Part shown: positions 27,288 through 64,000 of the stretch, piece after piece
Layout: each line of letters opens with the position of its first letter
Numbering within the stretch: the first letter of the stretch is position 1
Origin: the human T2T-CHM13v2.0 reference genome, Homo sapiens
Direction: 5' to 3' (one strand)
NCBI RefSeq assembly: GCF_009914755.1
Contig: NC_060927.1
Length of the DNA stretch: 64,000 nt
Translations under genes and position numbers: made by a program
The notes under the pieces: generated by a model
Told to the model about the DNA's origin: nothing
Databases searched by the model: none
Seen by the model: only the letters and a program-made list of their open reading frames with translations

Positions 27288-30049
27288 TATTTAAATATTT
27301 TAAAATCCAATCTTAAAATAATCTTTTTAACGGTGAATCTTTAGTGCACAACTGGGGTGAGTGGTGAAATCAATGGCCAAGGAAATTAAAATAATAATTG
27401 AAAATGAACAAATTGTTTTACTTTAATAAAATTATATTTCTAAAATCAGCAGCAATATTTGAAAGCCACTACTTTGGATACATTCTTTTTTAAATAATAA
27501 AATCAGTTTTTTGTATATTCAGCAGAAGAAAATTTACATGTATATTTGTATATAATATTGGAGATTAAGTGGAAGTTTTAATTTGCATGGCCATATTTCA
27601 ATGAGGAAGTAGAAAATTTTACATCTTGTTCAATATACAGTAGGTAATATGTGATAGAGCTAGAACTCAGATCTGCATTTGCTGTAGTTCAAAGCTATGG
27701 TTTCTCATTCTAGAAATATTTAGCTTGCTACAGTACACAAAGCGATACTGCCCTCTGGCCACTGCTGGCTTCATAGGCCTGATTGCCAGGTAGTCACATA
27801 GGACCCTGTGCTTGCATTAATGTGCTGCTGTTTCCATCCTGAATTCTTAATAATATTTGAAGAAGGAACATCACATTTTAGTTTTCACTGAGCTCAACAA
27901 ATTATGTAGCTAGTCCTGCTTCTGGAAAATATCTTAACATCTCTTAAAATAGTCTCTGTGTTTGTAATGAATGTGATACAACCTATTCTAATTAATAAGA
28001 AAAATTGTCGCTGGACAACCATAAGACTGATCCATTTCTTTTCATTATTGGTAAAACAGCTTTACCTCTCAGATATCAGTTTCTCTTACCTATGACAATT
28101 GCACTTATTGACCCCAAATGTGCTTGCTTGTTGCTGAAGAGCTCTCTACCCATAATGATGCTTTCTGAAAGTTCTCCAAAGGAAAATACTCTACTGAGCC
28201 CTTCTGTAGCTGCCTAGAATGCTCTTCATTTGGTTTATGCAAACCTCTTAGCAAACCACAGGGGCAGTTGCAACTTTCTCTAGTTTACTGAGGGGATACT
28301 TTGGCCCTTCTTGCATCTATCTTCAAAATACTAAGTCTATGGGAAAGAGAGACAAAGAGGTGTTAAAACACTATCGATAAACTATATCTCCTATCTAGAA
28401 AGAATGTACAATTTTGATCTCGTGGTGTTTCTGTAGCACATTATGTAAATGTCTTTAATAGCCCTATCACCTCGTAGAGTTGTTGTTGGTTTAATTGTGT
28501 TTCTCCTCCCCTACTAGGCTCCTTAAGTAGTAGGATACAGCCTTGATCATCTATTTTTTTTTTATCTTTAGAGCCTGAAATGTAGCCCAAACTTTCATGG
28601 AGTGTTTATTAAAATGAAATGAAATAAAATGCCAAAGTTCCCCCTTTATTCAATGACTTTGGCAGTATATATTTCAATGACAATTATGCATATTTTCAGG
28701 TGAGTTATGTAGAAACTTCCCCAAACTAAAACTAATGAATCCTCAAAACAGATATGTAAGTGCTTCATTACCTAAAAGCAATGTTTCCAATTAGTTTCTG
28801 CTTCTGGGTTTTATTTTCCCAATGTGATTTAGCTAATGTTTTAGCTAAAGAGAAAGTGATCCACTTATTAATGTCCTAGCATAAGATAAAGTGAAACACT
28901 ATTAGCATAAATCTTTCTCCAATAGCATTTGACAAAAACCATTGATAATTAGGTAGGCAACTACAAATTGATTTGTCAGACAGCAGGATCATAAAATGCC
29001 TTTTGTCCTTTTCTCATTTGATTTTCTTTGTCCTGGAATACTGCACTTATATATGAAATTAGTGTCTCTTGAATGACACAATGTGATTGAGGCCATCTTC
29101 ATTGTAACGAAATAATTTTTCTACATTAATAAATGTTTTATATATATTATAATATGTAATATATCTAAATTTATAGTTTCAGAACAATTTTTATAACTAT
29201 ATATAGTTTTATAAGTAATAGAATCAATCTTCAAACTCATTAATCAGGTTAATAAAAATCTCAGCAACTGAAAACTATAATTAAATTTATTCAATCTGAT
29301 AAGAGTATCTAGATGTTTCAGTTACACTTATGGGTATGTTATTAATATGCATATTCCAAATTTGGATAAAACTCTTAGAAATCTAATATGTTATCCATCA
29401 TAATTGTGGCTACCATATTGTATGCCACAAAAATAACTAAATTATCTTGTCAAATGCTGATTATAATAAACTTCCACCAGATTTTTAACCATGGCTATTC
29501 TAAGTTTTTGTCACTCACAGTGATTATTTTGAACTCTTCTCTGAAAGCATGTGCAATCAGATTCAAGGAAAGACTAACAAGTATTTGTATGTCCTCTTAA
29601 ATATAGGTTTCTAATATATTTAAGATCAATGGGCAAAATAAATTTTTTTCAAAACTTTAATGAAGAAACTGATGGGTTCATAAAATTTCTAATCAAGAAC
29701 AAGCAGAACAAAAATTAATTACATGAGATTGGACAACTAGTGAAGATAATGTTTTTATGACATTTAAAACATTGTTGACTCTTTATTAAATTTTTTTTCC
29801 AAATGTAAGAAATTTTTGTTCTCTCAAACTATTTGAACTTTACAGAAATTTGGTAAAATATACATCTGAAAACAAAGATAGAAGGAATTGCTTTTTCTCC
29901 TTCTTTGATTCCACCAAAATTCAAAAGTGTTCATGATTATTCTCATGACAATATGGTTATTTGCATAAGTCCAGTAAAAATCTGCTCTCTCTATATAGCA
30001 GGATACAATTGGAAACATTGTTTATATTACCAAGTCTTTGACTGAAATA

Positions 30050-31561
30050 CCACTTTTGAGAATGCCTGGTTTCAAGGGTTCCTTACAGTACAGCCTTTTT
30101 ATCTTCCTAGCAGATAAAAATGGTTACTTCTTGGCAGGCCCAGAAACCTTAAAGAGTGTATGTAAAATCTAAAGTCTGCCTTGGTTTGGCTTCCTAGTCT
30201 CAAGAGGTTTTCTGAGATTCCTTTATAATCAACATACAGGAAAAAACATATTTCCAAAGAAAAGCCACAATACATCTATTATCAAACTGTAGCCCTGTGC
30301 ATTGTTTTCAAGTTCTTGCTATCTACCAATAGACTAGACTAGATCCTGGATTCTTTTACATTCTTCCAATCCAACTTTCTTTCATGGAGTTATTAAAATT
30401 GGGAACTGCTGTGTTCTTAATGCCTTATATGCTAAAACTACAATAATTTTAAGGAGCAAGACTTGTACCTATTGGCCACACAAAAAGTTTACCAAACCCA
30501 CCTGATGCCATAACCAAGAGACACTCAAATTGCAAACCGGGACAAGAAGATGACATTTTCATGCAGTAGACAGTTTTCCACAGATGCCAGAGCAAGACTC
30601 CATGTCATAATGAGACTCTTACCCCTCTTAATGCCTACCTTTTTCACTTGGCAGGATAATAGATAATCTGATTCACTCAATTAGTTGCCTTTAAGTCTAG
30701 ATTCATGGCTCTAAACCATTATGCAAATGGAGATTGTTATATGACTATTAATTTTACTTTGTATTTTCCATTTTTAAACTTTATATTTGCCACTTGTTAA
30801 AATTCTGCAGAAGTACAACTCTTAACAAAATAATACTGGCCCAGCTCTTTGAGATGATAGCAAAAGACTACAGAAGAGATGAAATTGAACTTAATAATGA
30901 ACTCTAGGTAGGCTTAGCCTGAGAGCCACTTCCTTCAAACCACCATTGTTGTTCAAATGCAGTTAAAAGAGTTCTGACACTGACTCCTACTCACCATTCT
31001 CCCAACATGGGACCAGACCAACAAACTGGAATAGGTTCATTCTGGCAGCAAGAGATAACACAAACCTAACTATAGGATGATTGATCAATGATGTTTTCAG
31101 AGAAATAGCTTGATCAATAGGGGGAAATGAGAAAGTTGTCAGAATAAAAATAGAGTTGCTTGTGTTAAAAATGAAACCTTAAAAATTGCGCCAGGAAAGG
31201 CTACAAAGAGAGGGTTCTCATGTATAAATGCCTGATAAAAATGATCACAAAGGACTGCAAATTCTGCAGCCTTGAACAAAGGCCATTACAACTTTACACA
31301 AAAAATAATTCTGAAAAGACATCAGTCTAGCAACTGCCTATTCAACATCAAATTAGTGTCACTCTTGTTACCGATTCTTGTAGCTAAAGATAATTATATA
31401 AGAATTATGTGATCATCTTCATTTTTTCTTTAAAAATCTTTGCCTTCCTTTACTTCCCTGAATATGCACATAGTTTACTATGGCCCACATATGCCCATTA
31501 TAATGCCCTACTCCCAAATAAATATCTTTTTCTTTTTTTCTGTTTGTTATTTAGGTTGACA
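30050..31561 (+). mobile_element. MER4-group ERV1: 3' internal remnant, PPT and 3' LTR (31128-31561)
   Basis: Purine tract AGGGGGAAA followed by TGAGAAAGTTGTCAG...AATAAA...AGGTTGACA; left boundary approximate. Confidence 0.72.
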
Positions 31562-31900
31562 AAGGTAACAGTATTAGCCAATGTACAAAATCAATTGTAT
31601 TTCCATATACTAGAAACAAAAAACTAGAAAATATAATTGAAAGATGCCTTGTCCAAAAGCATCAAAACACTAGATATCTGTAATAAAAGTAATAAGAAAT
31701 ATGTAAGGAACTTTTTTTTGTACTGTGCTAACTACAAAACTTACATGAAAGAAATTAAAGGAGCCCTAAGTAAAAGAGAACTATATGACATTTTCATATT
31801 AGATGTTTCAATATTGTCAAAATATCAGTTCTCCATAAATTTATCTAAAAATTCAATAAAAATCCAAATAAAAGTTCCAGCAAGATTTTTGCTTATATAT
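31562..31900 (+). mobile_element. Old L1M ORF2 fragment
   Basis: ATACAAAATCAATTGTATTT-like motif; degenerate translation NYKTYMKEIK. Confidence 0.7.
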
Positions 31901-32489
31901 GTAGAAAGTGGGTGGCGGGGAGTAGCCAGATGCTATTGATTGTGTGATAAGTCTTTTAGCAGTGTTTGGCATTTTAGACTATTCAAATGTTTTACTTTGA
32001 TAAATAAAAATTAATTTTAAGTTTTTAATGTACCTTCAATTTCCCTGCTATGTGACAAGCTAGATAGTCCAGAAAAGATCCAAAGATACAAAGTTGAGAA
32101 ACATCAGCATTTAATGAATGGGTACACAAGAAGATTTAATAGAGCCTAAGGATGAGTGACAAGAAAAAAAAATCAGAGAATGGGTTTTCTGTAAACGAAT
32201 GAAAGACTTTAGGAAGGAATGATCAACAATACTAAATGCTGTACAGAATTCAATTAAGGTAAGATTTAAAAGTATCCCTTGGTAAAAAATAAGGTCATGG
32301 TAGAAATGCAAAGTCACCACAGTGGACTTGTGGTGAATAAGAGGCAAGGAAGTGGAAAAAGAAAGTAGAGAAAATTGAAGAAGCTTAAAATGAAAAAAAA
32401 AAAACCAACAAAAATATTAAAGGGAAAGGTAGCTATGTGATCAAAAGAAATTTTGTTTAAAATAAGGTCCTCAGCATGTTTAAATACTG

Positions 32490-33360
32490 ATAAGCAAAAT
32501 GTTCTTGGGATTAGTTCCCAAACTTGGCTGTGCACAAGAAACACCTGGAAAACTTCAAAAAATTTTAGTGCCTATATGTGACATGGTGATAGGGATATAT
32601 AAGAAACCTTTGTACATTCCAGTCAATTTTGTTGTGAGCCTAAAACTACTCATTTAAAAATATCCAGTGCCCCAACTGTACTTTAGATAAATGAAATCAT
32701 TATCTGGGGATAAGACCAAAGCATCAATAGTTTTTTAAAGCTCCCAGGTGATTCCAATGTGTAGCTAAGTCTGAGAAGCACTGCATTATTCTAACGTTTT
32801 CCACAATTAAAATTATCTTGAGAATTTGTTATTAATAAAAGACAGATTGCTGGGTCTCATCCTCAGAGTTACTGATTGACTAGGTCTAGGGTAGGACTCA
32901 TTCATTTGCCTTTTTGGAAGTTCCCAGATTATGTTAATATTGCTGACTCAAAGCTGCACTTAGAGTGACCTTATATTCCAGAGACGGAGACTGAAGATAA
33001 AAGAAAGAGGACATACCTGAAGATCCCCAGCCATGCTGCATAAAGATGGGGTAATTTGGATGATTCCAGTGGTCCTCTAAAATGTTTCATAAGCCTTCAT
33101 AATTTTCTTGACTTGCTGCCTTTAGCAAGCAGCTCACAGAATTCTGGCTGAAGTCTGGTAGTTTGCTCGAGTGCCAAAATTTTCAAGTGTGGTTCCGATT
33201 AGTAGTAGCAGCAGCTTCACCTGGTAACTTGTTAAAATGGAAATTATCAGCACACCCAAGACATGCTGAATCAAACACTTTGGGGATGAGATGCAGCAAT
33301 CTGTGTTTTGAAAGACCCTCCAGGTGATTTTGATACATGCTAAAGTTGAAAACCGCTATT
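32490..33360. mobile_element. Cluster of about three MER5-type (hAT-Charlie) DNA transposon relics
   Basis: Repeated CTCCCAGGTGATTC / CCTCCAGGTGATTTTGAT...CTAAAGTT motifs near 32740, 32920 and 33320. Confidence 0.65.
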
Positions 33361-35259
33361 TCAGTGAATGGCGTATTTTACGTGTTTTCAAAAGCCAGTC
33401 TGTACATCTAATTCCCCCTGCTAGAGGCTGTCTTTGCTTCTTGTGCCCTTGCTTCCACTTAATCATCCCTAATGCCTACCGAGTCATCTGAAGAAACTTC
33501 ACTTGTGCTATGATTTGTTATGGGAATGTCACTGGGTGTAAGTGCTGTCAAAGCTTCCAATCCTTAGGGTGCTAGACGAGCATCAATTAATCTACAATGT
33601 TAGAGGTAAACTTTGTCCCTGAAACAATTTCACCTGTGTCAGGAAGCATACATGGTTTCTTCTTGAGCAATGTTACCAACTTCTAATCCTCAATACTCAA
33701 AACACAAAGGATGAGACCAGACACCATAGTATATACTTTCTTCTCGTCCTCCTGTAACTGTTTTGTTACATGAAATGTATTGGCATAATTGAGCTGAGGA
33801 CAGCTTTATTTTTTTCAACACAGCCTACATAAATGGTTTAGAACTGTGTTCTGGAACGTGAGCAATGAAATTTTAATGTTTTGTGCTTAGTGTTTGCAAG
33901 CTTGACCAAAAACAAGCATAAAATGTTCCATTAAAAAATTCTGTTAACGACTTCAACCAAACTTTTCTTCCTCTAAAAAAAGTTTTAATCTGTATGAATG
34001 GGGGCAAACAAGATAATGGTGTGTGAAAATTTCTAACTTTCTTCATATGCAAATGTTCTGTGTGAGCATAGAATATCTGAACTATCAGCATTCAGTTGAA
34101 CATGACTGTAATAACACTGTCTAATATATACTAAGCATTCAGTATGTATCATGCATTGTAATGAAAATTCCCTAATTTTATATTCCAAACCCTGATTCTG
34201 TCAAATCTGCATAGAGAGGGAAAAGTTGGTCTGTCTTCCAGGGGATGTAGGCAGGGAAGTTCCATAAAAGAAACTGTGAACAAGACATATAATTTGGAAA
34301 TGAGATTGCTTCCCAGAATTCTGTAGCAGAAAATATCATGTTATTTATGTTCTTGTTTAAATTAATTTTGTTTCAGGTTTCTTTTCACTCATTTATGAGA
34401 AATTCCACTTTATGATTTTTAAATTATTTTTCTTGAGAAAAAGTGGTATGTGCCTTTTTCCCAATAAAATGTCCTAAAAGATTCCTAAGAAATGTTATAA
34501 AGCATAGAGAACTGGGGTAAGCTTATAGGCTAGGGTCTTGTAGTCCCCTGGAAGGCAGGAATTTCCACATCCTCCTGGCCACCCCAGAGTATGAGGTTCT
34601 TTATGTGAGTCTACCAGGACAGTGCACCTAACAAACATCTTCAGGCATACATGTGGGTCAGTTTGCCTCTGGATCTCTGAAGAGGAGTAAGGGACAGATC
34701 CTTGCGCCTTGGCAATATGTGCCTCAAGTCTGTTCCCTCTCCCTTGGAGGGAGCCACTTCTGATGGCTTTAAATTTTTGATCCCATGTCTTTCTAGAATG
34801 ACCTAGACTATACCCTTTTAAGCATAAACTTTTGCAAACAAAAATCTGTTTTGTTCTGTGGACAGAAATCCTAACCACAAGGGGAGGATTTATCCAAAAC
34901 ATTACATGGTAACACTTGTATAATTAGGGCTGCTCTATCCAGATACTTTTATAAGAAAGAAGAGTAGCTTTTCTGTGGAAGCATCCAGGACTCATTTTAT
35001 TACATTTCACCAAGTCTTTATCTCTCTTGATCTTTAAGAGAGAGTGTCTGTGTAGCTCTGATGTAGGATGACCTGGTCTTCGGATATTATCATTCATTGA
35101 AACCAATAATACCTATGAATTATCATAAATATTTTAATTAATTCAATAATGATATATAATTGAAAATATCCCAAATTCAAAGGTATTTCATAGGTAATAT
35201 GAATAAAAAAATCACCTGTTAAATAGCGTGCTAGATTGTTAAAAAAAAAAAAAGTCCAC

Positions 35260-36575
35260 AATATTTTACAGATCTTCTCATCAAGAAGTGGGATCTCTTT
35301 CAACATCCCTTGAACGGGGATTTAGCCATGTTACTTGATTTGGTCAATGGGGCATTAACAGACATGATGCAGAGGTTTGAAATGTGCTTGTTCATTAAGG
35401 ATGTGTTCTCTGGCTCCCTTTGCAACCCACCTGTCATATAAAGAAGCTAAGCTAGATATGAATAAGTCCAGAGAAAGAAATAAAAAGAATAGTAGATGTG
35501 ACTTTTTTCCAATGAAGTGGTCAAAATCTGATAAGTAGAAATCCACAGTTTTTAAGGGAGTTGTATAATCATAAACTAAAAGAGACTAAGACATTTTAAA
35601 ATGAAGAAACCTCTGTTTCCAATATTCATAGACAGATAGAAGCCTACAAAAGCTACTCAGCTAAAAACATGGTAATTTCATTTAGAAAAGAAAAAAAATG
35701 TTTCAGAAGGCAGAGCCAAAATTCCAGAGACCAGAGTAGAACAATGGACTGGAAAGTCACTCCCAGGGAGCAGAATTTTCTCTGTCCCCAGAGTAAGGGG
35801 AACTAGAAACATATCCCTTCTGATTTCTATAATTTCTATTGACCAGTGACTACTACATGAATTTTATTTGTTCATTGTGGCTATTTTGACCTTTGCTCAC
35901 TATTACATGTAAGGTGGGTCTTTTTTGTTTTCAAGGCTCTGAATCAAGAGAAGCTGCATCCAAGTATCCTCACTCACATTTACAAAAGGTAACAGATCAC
36001 ATTATACTGGACTTGAGCTTAATGCTATAATTGAAAGAGACTTGTTGGGAGTCCTGAGAGGGTTAAGGATATTTTGTGTTTGGGGAGAATGTAAATAATT
36101 GGAACCAGAGAGAAGGCAGTGATAAATTGTGTTGGAGGAAGAATGGCAACATTATTTTGCAGCAACTGTCATTAAAAAATTGAGTCTATTTTTCCACCCC
36201 TTGAATGTGGGCTTGGCTATGTGATTTGCTTTGGTCAATGGGATATTACTAAGCATAATAGAAGCAGAGGCTTGAAATGAGCTTGAACATTTGAACTTGC
36301 TTTCTTGTTGCTTTTGGAACACAGTCATGTGTAAAAGCTTTGGCTAGCCTCCTAGATGATGAAAAATATGCAACCTATTGCCCCCATTCCCTCAGCCAAT
36401 AGCCTGACATGTGAATGAAGCCATCTGGGATGAGACAGTCCCAACCAATCTGATAATTGACTCAAAATGCATGAGTGAGCCAGGTTCTGAACAGGAGAAC
36501 TATACAACAGAATCCTAAACTAAACACAATGATTATTTGAAGTTAAACATTTTTGATGTAGTTTATTAGGCAGAA
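35260..36575 (+). mobile_element. Old MLT1-type MaLR (two related LTR segments with internal remnant)
   Basis: CCCTTGAA...G(A/C)TTTGGTCAATGGG motif occurs near 35310-35350 and again near 36200-36240. Confidence 0.6.
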
Positions 36576-36609
36576 AGAATATATATGAATAGTTTTAGTA
36601 AAATAAAAC

Positions 36610-36615
36610 TTTATT
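36610..36615 (-). terminator. Candidate polyadenylation signal of the PLSCR-like gene
   Basis: AATAAA on the minus strand about 90 nt after the TAA stop. Confidence 0.55.
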
Positions 36616-36705
36616 TAGATATTTTCAGTGAAAGTTGCTTAGTTTTGTTGAGGGCTGGCAAAAATAAATGCCAGTAATCTCTGACATATTCTTTCAGGGT
36701 AATTC

Positions 36706-61762
<25,057 letters not shown>

Positions 61763-63059
61763 AAACTGGATTATGTAAGTGCTTTAGAGTATGACAAATT
61801 GAAAATATTTAGCCTTTTATGTTTAACATCTAACATTATCAAAACATATTAGCTTGGTTAGAGACAGGAATATACAACTACAGTTTTAGCTTTTCTACAT
61901 TTAATGGTGTAAACATGATTCATCTTTTATTTTGTAAATTGTTTTTAATATATGTGGTTTTATATATGAAGTCTGTCTCTTATCAAATACCAAAAAGGAA
62001 TTTTAGGAGTACAAGTACTAGTTAATACAGTCATGATAAACTGAGTGCAAATTGATATTCCCATGTGACTTTAATCTATTTAAACACAATTAAATCTTTA
62101 TGTTTCAGAATCATTTGAAATGGCTGGATTTTACCTACACCAATCTTGAAGAATGAGCATTGGTAAACATGGCAACATTTTGTCCCAAGTAAAGACAAGA
62201 TAAATCATCTTAAAATGAGGTTTGAGTAGATCTCTGTCTCCAGCACCATGATTCTAACAAAATTAGAATGCATCTCTATGGAGCCAAATTTTCTAATTGG
62301 CCCTAATTAGGATTTTGTTATTCTCTGTGTTTTCCTTAGGTTGCTCAGAATAAAACTTATAAAATAAATCCATCTACAAACCCTGTTTCCAGCTCAAAAT
62401 TTAAGAGGAGGATTCTAACAGTGCCTACAAATACATTGAAAATATTGCAGAACTTACATTATTTTGTGGCAAATATTGTGTGAACTACTCTCAAATAGAT
62501 ACAAGAAAAAATTTGAACTTGTAACTAAGAGGCCACAACATGTAGACAAGAGACAAATATTAATAATGACAAAGAAGAAACATACTTTGAAAAATGTTTA
62601 CTGCCAAAAACAAGAGTAAATTTTAAATAGCAGGTTTGCATTCCAAAGATATTGACTATGAAATAAGAGATGAGGTAAAGAGAAGTAAAGAAAGAATCCT
62701 AGCAGAAGAGAGGATGATACAAACTTAAGTTACTATTATTATTATTTTAGATGGGTCAGTTAACAACTGTATGTTTAAATTTATGAGAAACTGCTAAATG
62801 TTTTCCAAAGTGGCTACTCCATTTTACAAGTTCTAATGTTCAAAAGGAAAGCTGGCTGACTTTAGTTAGCAACATGTATTGTATATTTCAAAGTAGTTAG
62901 AAGAGAGGATTTGAAATATTTTCTACATGAAGAAATGATAAATATTCAGGGTGATGGATAATTCCAAATACCCTGGACTTTATCATTACCCATTTTCTGC
63001 ATTTAACAAATACTCACATGTAGCACCTAAATACATAAAATATTAAGTATCAATTAAAA

Positions 63060-64000
63060 AAATCAACACAAATGTACTGCTTTACAATTTCTGGTGGTCA
63101 GAAGTTTGCAATGGGTCCTCAGGGTTGCCTTTGTGCTGGAGGCTGTAGGAATTATATTTTTCTTTCTCTTTTCTAGTTTTACCTTCTGATCTTGTATTCT
63201 CTCATTAGGAGGCTTGTAATTACATTTGATCCACTCAGATAACACAGGATAATTTGACTTGTGTTAAAAGATCTAAAGATCCTTAATGCAATTATGTTTG
63301 AAAAATACCTTTTTTCATCTAGGTAATATATCTACTGGCTTTCTGGATTATGATATAGGTATGTTGGGGAACCATTGTTCTGTCTACAATATTTCTTTCT
63401 TGGTTCCCCTAAAGGACTAGCTATCTCACATGCAAAGTATATAAACCCCATATCAAATCTCCAAAATCTCAACACATTACAGTATCTACTTAAGTCCAAA
63501 ATCTCAAATAAACCTCATCAGCTGAAACATCCAAAATCTCACCATGTAAATCTTGCATCGGTTGTGACTGTGGGTATGATCCATTATGGGTAAAAATTTC
63601 TCTTCAAACTTAGATTTGTAAAACAAGAAAACATGTTACTCTTTTCATAACACAATGTAGGACAGGCATAGTTTCCCTGTTAGAGGCATTTCTGTTCAAA
63701 GAGGGAGAATATAGAATGAAAAAAGGAATCATTAATCCAAATAATTTTGAAATCCAGCATGTGAGGCTCTACTAGGTTTTGAGGACTTGAAATAATCCTC
63801 TGTGGCTGTCAGTTTCACCTTCTGGCTTCAGGATTCTGCCCTCTTGTCCTGCAGCTCTGCCCTCAGAATCATTCTTCATTTTTCTTAAGGGGAAGCATGT
63901 GTTTTCAGCTGAGTAATGTTATTAGGCAGTTTTCATTTGCAATTCTAGTGAATTTCTTTTATTTCTTCCTTTCCCTGTCATTTGCTCCTCCATTGATATT
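63060..64000 (-). mobile_element. Old MLT1-type MaLR LTR plus internal remnant
   Basis: ACAATTTCTGGTGGTCAGAAGT...CCATTGTTCTGTCTACAA followed by MaLR internal-like sequence resembling 49722-50170. Confidence 0.65.

Overview
Primate, most likely human, genomic DNA dominated by transposons (an AluYg6-type copy is present). It contains two tandem, same-orientation, internally deleted HERV-H/LTR7 proviruses (1-13139), a 3'-truncated L1PB-type LINE, and many MaLR, ERV1, Alu, MIR and MER5 relics. A MaLR element at 48850-59479 hosts two LTR10 solo LTRs and a HERV-T/S71 (LTR6) provirus. The main non-repeat content is a minus-strand phospholipid scramblase (PLSCR) paralogue that the ORF track shows only in fragments. 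Manual splicing of six GT-AG exons (61762-61679, 60342-60300, 46733-46534, 43995-43834, 41095-40934, 36735-36706) gives an uninterrupted 226-aa ORF that differs from PLSCR1, PLSCR2 and PLSCR5 as I recall them. It lacks the CCCPCC palmitoylation motif through an in-frame 7-codon deletion, has an altered Ca2+-binding loop and keeps the NLS-like segment. By inference the window lies in the PLSCR gene cluster (3q24 in human). Repeat subfamily names come from recalled consensus sequences and need RepeatMasker/Dfam confirmation.
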